64,000 nucleotides of DNA from Candidatus Latescibacterota bacterium (GCA_963791045.1 CAWBQK010000007.1:220524-284523); one strand, 5' to 3'. Counted from the first letter of the stretch, positions 1 to 12,011 are shown. Notes: generated by a model not told the origin, from the sequence alone. Program-made: numbers and translations.

Positions 1-180
1 CTGTTCCTCTCAACAGCCCCTGCGGACTCGCTCGTGCTGCTTCCGGGCATTGGTCCGGTACTTGCTGAACGCATCGTGGGTGTTCGAACCGGTAAAAGGT
101 CATTCACCAGGTGGGATGATCTTTTGGTCGTCAAGGGTATCGGACCCAAGACGCTCGATCGGCTCAAGGGACTTAAGTAA
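1..180 (+). CDS. comEA: ComEA-family helix-hairpin-helix DNA-binding protein, 3' part (5' truncated by window)
   Basis: Frame 1 translated by hand: LFLSTAPADSLVLLPGIGPVLAERIV...WDDLLVVKGIGPKTLDRLKGLK*, containing two HhH motifs (LPGIGP, VKGIGP). Confidence 0.85.
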   Translation: MFLSTAPADSLVLLPGIGPVLAERIVGVRTGKRSFTRWDDLLVVKGIGPKTLDRLKGLK

Positions 181-434
181 TCCACCGCCGGTCGAAAACC
201 GTTCAGTCTAGTCGCATTTTGCGGTTTTTCATTTAAATGCAGGTAATACGCGGTCGGGTTATTCCAGCCGTACCAAGGCGGGTCGCAGACCCGGAGATGC
301 CCGGATTGCCGGTGCGCCTTTGGGGTGCAAGGAGCGATAACTTTCTTATGGACATGCGGTTAGATAGTATCTTCAAGCCCCGCTCCATGGAGCTTTCTGC
401 GGGGTGTTTCAACGTCGCCCGGGCCGGGGCGCCG

Positions 435-450
435 TGGCATAAGACTTGCG
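435..450 (+). promoter_or_regulatory. sigma54 -24/-12 promoter upstream of pilB
   Basis: TGGCATAAGACTTGCG: GG-N10-GC with TGGCA and TTGC, ~90 nt before the pilB start. Confidence 0.7.
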
Positions 451-537
451 GAAAAACCGCAGTTCGATGTGCGATTCGGCAATCAAATAGTCAACTTACA
501 AAATATTCTGATCTGATCGGTTCTGGAGGATCCACCG

Positions 538-2220
538 TTGACGGATAGAATCGCTAAAAAACTCCTGGATTCAAGCCTAATAAGCCAGGAGCAAATGGGT
601 CGCGCGCTCGAGGTCCAGAAGACCGAGGGCGGTTCTCTTGGTTACAATCTCGTCAAGACCGGCGCGATTTCGGAGTTGGCCTTCGCCGAATTCATGGGGC
701 AGGTGTTCAATGTTCCGGCGATCAACCTCGATGAAGCCGATCCCAGCGGCGACGCGGTCGCGTTGATTCCAACCGAGGTAGCCACCAAGTTTCAGGTCGT
801 CCCCATCCAACGAGAAGGCAGAATCCTCACCGTTGCGATGGCCAACCCGGACAATATCTTTGCGATCGACGACATCAAGTTCATTACCGGTCTTGAGGTG
901 CGGCCCGTAGTCGCGACGGAATCCTCGATCAAGAAGGCCATCGATCGCCTGTACGACTCGGCGGACTCGCTGGCCAGCATTATGAGGGACATGGAGGAGG
1001 ACTTCGAGATCGTCGATGACATCGACGAGGACATTTCACTCGAAGAAGTCCAGTCCACCGATGCGCCGGTAGTCAAGCTGGTGAACAGCCTCATCGCCGA
1101 CGCCGTCGCCAAGCACGCGAGTGATATTCATATTGAACCATACGAAAAACAGGTGCGCGTTCGCTACAGGATCGACGGAATGCTCCACGAGATGATGTCC
1201 CCGCCGTTCAAGATGAAGGGCGCTATCATTTCGAGACTCAAGATTATGGCCGAGCTGGACATCGCCGAGAAACGAGTTCCGCAGGACGGCCGCATAAAGA
1301 TTCGGATCGGCAGCAAATCAATCGACCTTCGTGTCAGTTCGCTTCCGACGATTTATGGCGAGAAAGTCGTGATGCGTATCCTCGACAAAAGCAATCTCCA
1401 GATCGATCTCTCAAAACTGGGTTTCGACGAGAAAGCATTGGCGAGATTTCTCGATGCGATTGAGAGTCCCTATGGAATGGTGCTCGTAACGGGACCGACG
1501 GGTTCGGGTAAAAGTACAACTCTCTACAGCGCGCTGAATCGAATCAACAAACCTTTCACGAACATCATGACGGCCGAGGATCCCGTTGAGTACAACATCG
1601 ACGGCATCAACCAGGTCAACGTAAACGACGACATCGGACTGTCGTTTGCTGCCGCGTTGAGGGCATTCCTCCGCCAGGATCCCAACATCGTAATGGTAGG
1701 TGAGATTCGTGACCTCGAGACGGGATCGATCGCGATCAAGGCGGCTCTGACGGGTCACCTCGTTTTGAGCACGCTTCATACGAACGACGCTCCCAGTTCG
1801 GTCAACAGAATGATCGACATGGGAATCGAACCGTTCCTTGTGTCGAGTTCGGTAATCATGATCATCGCACAGCGTCTTGTTCGCAAGCTCTGCGCGAAGT
1901 GCAAACAACCGGTCAAGCTCCACGAGGAGACACTCCGGGAGTTGGGAATCGAGGAATCCCCCGAGGAATTGACGTTGTTCGAAGCGAGGGGTTGCATCGA
2001 CTGTAACGATACGGGCTACGCGGGCCGGCTCGGACTCTACGAGGTTATGCCGATCTCGGGGACGGTCAAAGAAATGATTATCGATCGGAAATCGGTGACT
2101 GATTTGAAGACCCAGGCCGTTAAAGAAGGAATGCTTACGCTACGGACTGACGGTCTAGAAAAATTCAAACGTGGAATTACATCACTCGAAGAAATTCTCC
2201 GAGAAACAACCGAGTTTTAA
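538..2220 (+). CDS. pilB: Type IV pilus assembly ATPase PilB
   Basis: ASDIHIEP, Walker A GPTGSGKSTT, EDPVE, LRQDP, TGHLVLSTLHTND and tetracysteine Zn motif; intact 560 aa. Confidence 0.95.
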   Translation: MTDRIAKKLLDSSLISQEQMGRALEVQKTEGGSLGYNLVKTGAISELAFAEFMGQVFNVPAINLDEADPSGDAVALIPTEVATKFQVVPIQREGRILTVAMANPDNIFAIDDIKFITGLEVRPVVATESSIKKAIDRLYDSADSLASIMRDMEEDFEIVDDIDEDISLEEVQSTDAPVVKLVNSLIADAVAKHASDIHIEPYEKQVRVRYRIDGMLHEMMSPPFKMKGAIISRLKIMAELDIAEKRVPQDGRIKIRIGSKSIDLRVSSLPTIYGEKVVMRILDKSNLQIDLSKLGFDEKALARFLDAIESPYGMVLVTGPTGSGKSTTLYSALNRINKPFTNIMTAEDPVEYNIDGINQVNVNDDIGLSFAAALRAFLRQDPNIVMVGEIRDLETGSIAIKAALTGHLVLSTLHTNDAPSSVNRMIDMGIEPFLVSSSVIMIIAQRLVRKLCAKCKQPVKLHEETLRELGIEESPEELTLFEARGCIDCNDTGYAGRLGLYEVMPISGTVKEMIIDRKSVTDLKTQAVKEGMLTLRTDGLEKFKRGITSLEEILRETTEF

Positions 2221-2235
2221 GAAGGCGGATGGATC

Positions 2236-3312
2236 ATGATCAACCTGCGGGATCTTTTGCACGAAATGATCGAGAAAAAGGCGTCTGACCTGCACATCAC
2301 CGCGGGATTGTCTCCACAGTTGAGAATAGACGGACAAGTGACGCCGACACCGCATGAGAAAATGACGCCCGAAGACACATTGCACATCACCTACAGCGTG
2401 CTCAACGAAGAACAGCAGAAACGGTTCGAGGCGGAAAAAGAGCTCGACTTCTCGTTTGGCGTCAAGGGACTTAGCCGGTTTCGCGCAAACGTATTTCTGC
2501 AGCGCGGAGTGGTTAGCCTCGCGATCAGGCAGATTCCGTACGAGATTCTGGACATGAGAACGCTGGGATTGCCGCAACGTCATCGAGAGACTTGCGGAAA
2601 AACAACGGGGCATGATCCTCGTTACCGGGTCCAACAGGATGTGGCAAATCGACAACACTTGCCAGCGTCATTGACAAGGTGAACAGGGAGAGAACCAGTC
2701 ACATCATCACGATCGAAGACCCCATCGAATACATCCATCAACACAAGCGGTGCATTGTAAACCAGCGAGAGGTAAAGGCGGATACGGAGAGTTTTTCCGT
2801 TGCCCTCAAACACGTGCTTCGCCAGGACCCCGACGTCATTCTGATCGGCGAGATGCGCGACCTTGAGACGATGGCCGCCGGACTGACAATCGCGGAGACC
2901 GGTCACTTGACCCTGGCGACACTCTCACACGAACTCCACATATGAGTCCATCAACCGTATCGTCGATTCCTTCCCGGCGTCGCAGCAGGGGCAGGTTCGA
3001 GCCCAGCTGGCGTTTGTTCTCGAAGGTGTCGTTACGCAACAGCTCATCCCGCGGGCAAACGGGAAGGGTCGGGTCCTTGTCTGCGAGGTGATGGTTTGTA
3101 CGCCGGCCATCCGCGCGACGATCAGGGACGACAAGGTTCACCAGATCTATGGCTTGATGCAGGCCGGACAGAAATTCGGGATGCAGACGATGAACCAGGG
3201 TCTGTTCAACGCAGCAATCAAAGGTGATATCACCACCAACGAAGCTTTGAGAAGAAGTGCGGATCCGGAAGAGCTCGCCAACATGCTCGGGACAAAAGTG
3301 CCGGTTTGCTGA
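2236..3312 (+). CDS. pilT: Type IV pilus retraction ATPase PilT (three +1 frameshifts near 2576, 2628, 2922; probably read errors)
   Basis: [23 protein letters not shown] (after frame correction), [34 protein letters not shown]. Confidence 0.9.
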
Positions 3313-3348
3313 TTAGGACCCGCGGTACCGGCTTAAGGGGGATCTACA

Positions 3349-4562
3349 ATGGCCACGACATTCGTATGGAAGGGACGGAGTCCGACAGGAGAGATCCTTT
3401 CCGGTGAATACGTAACCGAGAACAAGCAGGAACTCATTGGGCACCTGCGCAAAAAGAAAGATCATTGTCACTTCTCTAAAACAGAAGTCCAAGGATATCA
3501 ATATCCCGCTTCTGACCGAAAAAGGGCGTGTCGACAAAGGATCTTGGTGTTTTCACCAGACAGTTCTCGACAATGATCAACGCAGGGTTGCCCCTGGTCC
3601 AGTGCCTCGAAATTTTGTCGGCACAGATGGACAAACCGCACTTCAAGCAGATCATCACGACTGTGACCAGTGATGTTGAGGGCGGTACAACGCTTGCCGA
3701 AGCTCTCGGCAAGCATAAGGAATTCAGCCAGCTGTACGTCAACATGGTCGAAGCCGGCGAGGCCGGAGGTATTCTCGACACGATTTTGATGAGACTCGCT
3801 GTTTATCTCGAAAAAGCCGAGGCCTTGACGCGAAAAGTCAAGACGGCGATGACCTATCCCACTGTTGTTGCCGTTGTGGCGCTTGGCGCGACGATTTTCA
3901 TGTTGATGTTTATCATTCCGACATTCGCCAAAATGTTTACCGACTTTGGCGGCGAACTGCCGCTTCCGACGGAAATTGTCATGGGGCTCAGTGAGTTTTT
4001 CAGGTACTACTGGTACATTCTCCTGCTCGGGACCGGAGTCTCGATATTTGCTTTCAAAAGATTTTACGCGACCGATTCCGGCAAGTTCAAGATAGATACG
4101 ATTTTATTGAAGGTGCCGGCGCTTGGAAACGTTATTCGCAAAGTCGGCGATCGCGCGTTTTACGCGGACACTCGGTACTCTGATTTCGAGCGGTGTTCCC
4201 ATTCTGAACGGTCTGGACATAACGGCCCGTACGGCGGGGAACAAGGTTGTCGAAAAAGCGATTTTTGCCACACGCGACAGCATCAGCCAGGGTGAAACAA
4301 TTGCCGAACCGCTCAAGGCAAGCGGCGTGTTTCCCCGATGGTCACGCAGATGATTGGCGTCGGCGAGCAAACCGGCGCACTCGACGAGATGCTCGACAAG
4401 ATTGCCAATTTCTATGACGACGAAGTTGACACCGCCGTGGAACAGCTGACAGCGATCATCGAGCCCGTGATGATTGTTGTCATGGGTGTCATCGTCGGTG
4501 GAATGCTCATTTCGATGTACCTTCCGATGTTCAAACTCATCAACGTGGTATCGGGAGGCTAG
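3349..4562 (+). CDS. pilC: Type IV pilus platform protein PilC (frameshifted)
   Basis: FTRQFSTMINAGLPL, GEAGGILD, AMTYP, GEQTGALDEML and MYLPMF spread across ORF fragments. Confidence 0.9.
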
Positions 4563-4598
4563 GGTAATGAGGGGCGATCACGTCCCGAGGGAATTCCG

Positions 4599-6301
4599 TT
4601 GAGTTCCAGAACGTACGACCAACGCATTCCTCGGGCTGCGAGCGATCGCGCTCGCGCTCATTGTGGGCGCGGGAATAATGATCCTGCAACTCACCGACGG
4701 CGACATCTCGTTGAGACGCTCTGTACGTATTGCTCATTGTCGGAGTCATGGGCGGAGGATTGCTTTACGCCGGTGTACAAATGGGTATGTCACCCCGTGC
4801 GTGCTTTTGGTCATAATGGTGGCGGATGTCGTTCTCGAGACGTCGATCGTCCATTACAGCGGCGGGATGATGAGCCAGTTCTCGCTCGTTTTTTGTCTCT
4901 CCATTATAGCGGCGGCATTTTTTCTGCAGGTATACGGCGGGCTTGGAATCGCGCGTGTTTGCGTCCTTTTGTTTTGCATGTTACGGAATCCTTGAAACTC
5001 AGGGTGTTCTTCAACCGGTCGGGGCAAGAGTTGTCGGAAGCGGGCTCGTTGACGGGCGGCGTCCTTCACCTGTACCTCCACGTGTCCCTCTTTTTCGTGG
5101 TCGGCGCCGTTTCAGGTTATCTGGCGCAGAGGACGAAGACCGAAGGGCGGCAGCTTCATACCGCCCAGACAAAACTCAGACAGCTGCGAATTGATACGGA
5201 ACGAGATTCTCGAACAACATGAGCAGCGGAATACTCGTCGTCGATCGGGATGGCAAGGTTTTGACCGTAAATCCCATGGCGGAGCAAATCCTGGGTGTCG
5301 ACAAGCTCGACATCGTTGGCCTTCATGTGGAAGCGGCTTTCGATCCTCTGACCCCCGAATTTGCCCGCGAAGTTCTCGAGGCTCTCGATTCCAACCAGGG
5401 AAAACTCCGCAACGAAATAAGCGTTTTGCGGGCAAGAGGCATAGAAATCCCGCTGGGTATGAGCATATCGATTCTAAAGGATGACAGCGAGGAAACACGC
5501 GGCGTGATTGCCGTATTCCAGGATCTCACCGAAGTTCGCGAAATGCAGGAACGCGTCAGAAAAGCGGACCGGCTGGCGGCGATCGGCGAGATTTCCGCTG
5601 GAATCGCGCACGAAATTCGGAATCCCCTCGCATCGATAAGCGGAGCAATCGAGATGCTCTCCAACGAGCTGGAGTTGAAGGGGGAAAACCGCCGGTTGAT
5701 GGAATTAGTGATGAAAGAATCCGATCGTCTGGATCGGATTATAAATGACTTTCTCGAGTTTGCGCGGCTTCGGCCGCCGACGAGAGGAAAGGTGTCGGTG
5801 TCGAGATGTCTGGATGAAGTGCTCATGCTCCTGGGCAACACACCCGGCCTTGAAGTGCGGTATTCGAGACGGAGAGTCCGGCCATCACGGATGGGGAGGT
5901 ATGATGGTGCGAATTCGACGAGGAACAGATGAAGCAGGTTTTATTCAATCTGACCATCAACGCCTGTCGAGGCGATGCAGGGATCAGGAACCCTTTCCGT
6001 CCGGACTGGGAACGGTTCGGTGGACGACACCATGCAAGATCATCATTCGCCGGACGAGGGCAGCGGAATTGGCGACGTCGGAACGACGAAAGACTCTTCG
6101 AACCATTCTTTACGACAAAGGACGGCGGGACAGGACTCGGGTCTGGCGATCGCAAATAAAATTGTTGAAGCGCACATGGGGCCGGATTCGGTGTCCGGAA
6201 CCGGGCGCGAAGGGGGAGCGGAAGTCTCGATAGTGATACCCATTAGAGGGGCACTGTCGAAGACCAGGTCAACCTCGAAGATATTGGAATCCAGTAGTTG
6301 A
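4599..6301 (+). CDS. pilS: PilS-like sensor histidine kinase with TM region and PAS domain (frameshifted)
   Basis: H-box AHEIRNPL, N-box KQVLFNL..NA, FEPFFTTKDGGTG and GLAIANKIVEAH in successive frames; N-terminal TM helices; start uncertain. Confidence 0.8.
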
Positions 6302-6341
6302 AGGTCGACAAATCGGTACAAGCTAACTGGGGGAATACTGA

Positions 6342-7728
6342 ATGGCCGGAGAGAAAATACTTATTGTAGACGATGAAAAGAGCATGTGCCAGTTTCTGTC
6401 CATCATGCTCCGCAAAGAGGGTTACCAGATAACCGCGGTGCACAACGGCAAGAAAGCGCTCGATCAGTTCAAGGTAGGCAAGTTCGACCTGGTAATCACC
6501 GATATCAGAATGTCGGGGATGGACGGTATCGAACTCCTCAGTGAACTCAAAAAAGTGGACCAGGCCGTCCCGGTTATAATTATGACGGCGTACGCCTCGC
6601 AAAAGACCGCGATCGACGCGGTAAACCATGGGGCGTTTCCATTACCTCATCAAGCAGGCCAAAAACGACGAGATCAAGATGGTCGTAAGGAACGCATTGG
6701 ACATGAAGCGTGTCCGAGCGGAGAACATGAGTTCTGAAGAAGCAGCTCAAGAAGTCGAGCGACCTCAAAACCATCATCGGTAAGAGTGAGGAGATGGAAA
6801 AGGTCTACAAGCTCGTCGACAAGGTGGCTGAAACCGACAGCACGATTCTGATCTGCGGTGAAAGCGGCACGGGCAAGGAACTGATCGCGCGCGCGATCCA
6901 CTTCAGGTCGAATCGAGCAAATAATCCGTTCGTTACCATCAACTGCGGCGCGCTCCCCGAGAATCTTCTCGAGAGCGAGCTCTTTGGCCATGTGAAGGGT
7001 TCGTTCACCGGTGCCATCCGTGACAAGGAGGGGCTGTTCAAAGTTGCCCAGGGCGGGACGTTTTTCCTCGACGAGGTGGGGGAGACCTCGCCGACGATTC
7101 AGGTCAAGCTCCTCAGGGTTCTCCAGGAACGGGAGATCATCCCCGTCGGCGGAACCAATCCAATAAAAGTCGATGTCCGCCTGGTTGCGGCCACCAACGC
7201 CGACCTCGAAAAGGCCGTTGGTAACGAGAAATTCCGTGCGGATCTTTACTATCGCCTCAATGTAATTCCGGTCCATCTTCCGCCTCTGCGAAAGCGGAGG
7301 GACGATATCCCTCTGCTCGTGACCTATTTTCTCAAGAAGTTCAACGACCGCGTCGCGGCCGACGCGCAGAAGTCCATTGCAAAGAAGCCATGGACGTCCT
7401 GTCGGGTACGGCTGGCCGGGAAATGTGAGGGAACTCGAAAACGTGATCGAACGCGCCGTGATTCTCGAGGAATCATCTGAGATCCAGAACGAATCGCTCC
7501 CGGAAAAACTGCTGCTTCGGGACCATGGCTCAGTCGAGTCTGATCACCGAAAGAGCACAGGTTACGCTCGAGGAGCTCGAGAAGGAGTATCTGCTCAAGG
7601 TTCTCGAAGACACAAACTGGCAAAAAAAGCGGGCCAGTTCGATTCTTGGTATCAATGCCTCAACCCTGTACCGGAAAATCCAGCGCTACGGACTGGAAAA
7701 ATGCCGGTCAGCGGAACTCGTCGAGTAG
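6342..7728 (+). CDS. pilR: PilR-like sigma54-dependent response regulator (frameshifted)
   Basis: Receiver [45 protein letters not shown] and C-terminal HTH ([12 protein letters not shown]). Confidence 0.9.
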
Positions 7729-7868
7729 GCTTTCGACAATGCCAATTGCAAAAACGGCCAAATGATACACGGTGTGGCAAATGGCAATAGTGTCGGATTT
7801 GTTTGACAGGTAGTCGTAAGTGTCGGTTGTGAATCAACTTAGCCTGGCGCCGGCACAGTAAACGACGT

Positions 7869-7885
7869 TTGGCATATTAATTGCC
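7869..7885 (+). promoter_or_regulatory. sigma54 promoter of pilA
   Basis: TTGGCATATTAATTGCC: GG at 7871-72 and GC at 7883-84, between pilR and pilA. Confidence 0.85.
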
Positions 7886-7965
7886 AATTCGTTGGACAGG
7901 ATCGGGAAGACGGTCGGATCGACTAAGCGCCGACTCAGCCAACAACTAAAAGGGAGGTTTGTCCG

Positions 7966-8398
7966 ATGAATAACAAAGGTTTCACACTGATCGAACTTAT
8001 GATCGTAGTGGTCATCATCGGTATCCTCGCAGCGATCGCTATTCCGAACTTCATCAGCATGCAGGCGCGTGCTAAGGAAGCTTCGACGAAGTCGAACTGT
8101 CATACAGTTCAGCTCGCTGCCGAGGATTTTTCAGTCCAGAATAACGGCGTATACGCCGCGAACATTGGAGCCGACGCGACACCGTCCGGTGACACCATCA
8201 CCGATTTGCTGCCCGGTGCCGTTCTCCTCGAGAACTCGTTCACCAAGGCCGCGACCGAGCCGGTTAACGGCGTTGCCGCGACACCAGGACAGGCCGGCTA
8301 TGCTCCTATCAGTGGATTTGGCCGGTACGAACGTTGGTTACTCGATTACGGGTTGGGGTAAAGACGCTTTGATCCTTACCCTCTCAAGTGGTTCCTAG
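7966..8398 (+). CDS. pilA: Type IVa major pilin (one frameshift near 8310-8320)
   Basis: Class III signal KG|FTLIELMIVVVIIGILAAIAIP, RBS GGGAGG; the C-terminus most plausibly ends GYSITGWGKDALILTLSSGS* at 8398. Confidence 0.9.
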
Positions 8399-8421
8399 TC
8401 GATTCTTCGACCAGGGAATTG

Positions 8422-8458
8422 AAAAAGGCGGGAGTCAGTGAGCTCCCGCCTTTTTTTT
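8422..8458 (+). terminator. Intrinsic terminator after pilA
   Basis: AAAAAGGCGGGAG-loop-CTCCCGCCTTTTTTTT. Confidence 0.9.
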
Positions 8459-8466
8459 GCTCCAGA

Positions 8467-8483
8467 CCGGTACGAATTCTGCA
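8467..8483 (+). promoter_or_regulatory. sigma54-like promoter of the ABC/pilD operon
   Basis: CCGGTACGAATTCTGCA: GG-N10-GC immediately after the pilA terminator. Confidence 0.55.
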
Positions 8484-8525
8484 ATATGCATGGCTATCAA
8501 ACCCAAAACTGGCAGGCAATTAACC

Positions 8526-9516
8526 ATGTGCGTACTCGACTTACAGAATATTTCCAAATCGTATTCCGCGGGAATTCTCGGGAAGAAACGGTTTGTCCTC
8601 TCCGATCTCTCTTTGAAAATCGAGAAAGGTGAGGTGTTCGGGCTCCTCGGGCACAACGGAGCCGGGAAAACCACCACAATGCGCGTGATCCTCGGCCTCC
8701 TGCGCCCCGGAAACAGGCCGCGTTCGCCTCTTCGACCAGGAGGGGGTCACAAACGGACGGATTGTCCCGCGTTGGTTATCTCGGCGAGGAGATCGGGGAT
8801 GTACCCGTTTCTGAACGCGGAAGAAATGCTTCAGCTCACCGGCGAGTTATTCAGACTGACCCCGGACGACGATTCTCTCCCGAAAAAACAGTCTGATCGA
8901 AGCCGTGGGTCTTGGCCCGAAGAGGGAAATCAAAATCAAGAAATACTCGAAAGGGATGCGTCAGCGTCTGGGGATTGCCATCGCGTTGATGAACGACCCT
9001 GATTTCCTGATTCTCGATGAACCCTACAGCGGTCTCGATCCCGTGGGGCGCCGCCAACTGAGACAGCTACTGCTGTCGCTCAAGGAGCAGGGAAAGACGA
9101 TCCTGCTCAGTTCACACATCGTCCCCGACGTCGAAGCGGTTTGCGATCGCGTCGGAATCATCAGCGGCGGAAGGATCCAGCGCTGCCTGTCGTTGCGTGA
9201 TATTTACCGGCAAAAATCGACCCCCGTGGAGATTACCGCTTCGGGCGTCCACCGGGATACATTCGACAAACCGGAACGCGGCGTAGAGCTTGTCTACGGC
9301 AACGAAGAGGCGATCGTCCTCAAGTGCGTGGGCAGCGGCAACGTCAAAACCGTGATTTCAAAGGTTTACGCGTACGGTGGCGAAGTTCTTGAAGTCAAAC
9401 CTCTCAAGTTCAGCCTTGAAGACTATCTTCTCGAGGCTCTTTCGGACGCGGCAAAAGATGGCGCGGACACACTGGCATCAGAAATAGAAGAGATGATACA
9501 TGCGAATTCCCGATAA
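8526..9516 (+). CDS. Pilus-associated ABC transporter ATPase (Myxococcus PilH-like; frameshifted)
   Basis: Walker A GHNGAGKTT, signature YSKGMRQR, Walker B LILDEP, SSH switch. Confidence 0.85.
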
Positions 9517-10297
9517 ATTCAACGTTTCCGGCATTGACTATCGCGAAGTACACGATAAAGGGATACCTCAAGGAGCGTATTCTCCTCGTGGTGCTCGTCT
9601 TTGCGTTTCTTCTGATGGTTTCGTCGTATGTTCTGGCTCCGCTGGCTGTCGGCGCGCAGCAAAAAATAATCGTCGATATCGGTCTCGGTTCGGTGTCCAT
9701 TTTTGGAGTCCTGCTGGTTATCCTGATGGGGGCCGGGTCGTATTCGCGGGAACGAGAAAGAGGGATACTCCCGAGTATCCTGTCCAAGCCGATAAGCCGT
9801 GTGGACTTCATCCTCGGAAAGTTCCTCGGTACCTGGATTACGATAACGGTGATCATGGCCTGCATGTCGGTGGTATACCTCATCGTGATGGTCGATGAGC
9901 CGGACGGCTTTCAATAGCACGATATTTATCGCACTGCATCTGTCCGTCGTGGAGGTGGCGCTTTGATTACCGGCGGTGCTGACATTCTTCTCTACATTCA
10001 CATCGCCTTTGATGAGTTCGCTTGTTCACACTGTGTGTATTCATATGCGGGCACTTGAGCGGAGATCTTCTCGACTTCGCCACGCATTTCGGTGGTATGG
10101 GGTTGAAGATCGTTTCTTCGATTGGTTACTACATGCTCCCCAATTTGGCATTGTTCAACGTAAGGTCCGAGGCGGTTCATAACCTGCCACTCATGGATCA
10201 ATACGTGTATTCGGCGACGATCTACGCGATGTTTTATGCCCTGGTTCTTCTGTTCGTGAGTTCGATTATTTTCAAACGCAGGGATGTTGTTCAATGA
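9500..10297 (+). CDS. Pilus-associated ABC-2 permease (PilI-like; frameshifted)
   Basis: ILSKPISRVDFILGKFLG motif, multiple TM helices, C-terminal IFKRRD. Confidence 0.8.
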
Positions 10298-10966
10298 TGA
10301 GGGGCCTCAATCGGAAAATCATCATTGGGCTCGTCGGTGTGACCATGGTCGCGGGCCTGGTTCTGTCGACGGTATGGGTGCAGAAGTTCCGTTATCGGCC
10401 ATATCTTCACGAGAAGCTCTATCTGCCGTCGGGAAAATTTGTCAAAGAGATGTCGATCGGTTACCGGGAAGTGGTGGCGGATGTGTTGTGGTTGTCGGCC
10501 ATCCAGTACTACGGTGATTTCCGAAAGGGCAACCACGACCTGCGGTACTTTCGGGGTCTGATCGATCTCGTAACGACACTTGACCCGCATTTTTCATTCG
10601 CCTATCGCTTTGGCGCGCTCGTCATATCAGAGGACATCGGGGCGTTCGAAGAAGGGATGGATCTCCTCAAGCTCGGAATGGCCCGGAACCCACGATCCTG
10701 GCAGCTGCCGTTCGAAGTCGGTTTCCTCAACTATGTCAACGGCGGGGACCGCCAGGTCGCCGGCCGATATTTTGAGCTTGCCTCCAGAATGCCCGAGGCG
10801 CCAGAATTTACCGAGCGCTTCGCCGCGTTCGTATATTCGAAGGCGGGCGACAGGGAGTCGTCGATGCGAATCTGGGAAGAGTACATGGAGACCACCGACA
10901 ACCCCCACCTCAAGGAACTCGCCGAGAGGTATATCGAAAAGATCAAGACAATCCGAACCCCAATAA
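10294..10966 (+). CDS. Pilus accessory membrane-anchored TPR-like protein (Myxococcus PilG / Geobacter Xap-like)
   Basis: ADVLWLSAIQYYG, TTLDPHF and W.LPF..GF motifs; the stop at 10966 assumes a frameshift near 10945. Confidence 0.65.
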
Positions 10967-10979
10967 GAGGCGACATCGG

Positions 10980-11775
10980 ATGTTCAATGATCTGGTCTCC
11001 CTGTATCCTGCTCGTTCGTTCTCGGACTCATGATCGGCAGCTTTTTCAACGTTCTGATATATCGATTGCCGCTCGGACAGTCCGTCGTCGTCGGGCCGAT
11101 CCAAATGCACCCAGTGCAACAACACAATCGCCTGGTACGACAATATCCCCGTTTTCAGTTATCTGATTCTCGGCGGGAAGTGCCGCCATTGCGGAGAGTC
11201 GATTTCTGCGAGATATCCTGTTGTCGAGTTGTGTACCGGCTGCTTGGGCGTTGTCGCCGGATGGCGTTCGGCATCACGCTCGAAGCGATGTGGGTGTTTA
11301 TCTTTCTTGCCGTTCTCCTCGCTATTACGCTTATCGATTGGTCGCACCAGATCATCCCCGATGTTCTCTCCCTCGGAGGGATCGTGTTCGGCTGGATCGG
11401 GGCCATCGTTTGTCTCGATATAACTTCGTTCGAGTCTCTGATCGGAACCTTCGTCGGCGGAGGGCTTTTGTTTGCGGTTGCCGGCATCTACGGATCGTAA
11501 GAAAGGTCGACGGCATGGGCGGCGGAGATGTCAAGCTGATGGGAATGATCGGCGCGTTCGTTGGTTGGCAGATGATATTTCCCGTTCTTATCCTGGCCTC
11601 TTTTTTCGGCGCCGCTACGGCGTGTACCTTCTGCGCCAGCGGAGCTACTACCCAGACCGCCGTTGCTTTTGGGTCGTTTCTCGCCCCCTCAGCGATGGTT
11701 ATTTTTCTCGCGGGGGCCAGCTCTTTGGCGTTTGTACCTCGAGTTTTTCCTTGGAAAATCCTGAATTGCACGTGA
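10980..11775 (+). CDS. pilD: Prepilin peptidase PilD (frameshifted; ends approximate)
   Basis: [33 protein letters not shown] and AFGSFL motifs. Confidence 0.85.
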
Positions 11776-11843
11776 AGCCAGCATAGTGCAAAACGCTTTC
11801 CCCTTTCGGGTCCTCCTCTGTGTCGCTTGGCTAAACCACATAA

Positions 11844-11897
11844 TAACAACTGGTTATACGATGCGCACGGGTTCAAAAACCTGGCATATTTGTTGCG
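11844..11897 (+). promoter_or_regulatory. IHF-like site plus sigma54 promoter upstream of pilM
   Basis: TAACAACTGGTTA (11844-56; one mismatch to WATCAANNNNTTR) and CTGGCATATTTGTTGCG (GG 11883-84, GC 11895-96). Confidence 0.7.
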
Positions 11898-12011
11898 ACG
11901 GGGTTCCTCGCAAGGTTCAAAGTCCCGTTTTAATGTGTCCCGAATCACGGGTGTATTGTGTCGCAACCGTGCTACAAGTACGAAATCCGTGATAGAAGGC
12001 TGGTGCTGAAG

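Noticed and set aside
237..548. 103-aa ORF upstream of pilB (and 11786-11992 upstream of pilM)
   Set aside because: Each overlaps a sigma54 promoter region and has no protein-like features.
7966..8398. Electrically conductive e-pilin
   Set aside because: Only about 8 F/Y/W in ~138 mature residues, and positions 27 and 32 are Met and Lys rather than aromatic.
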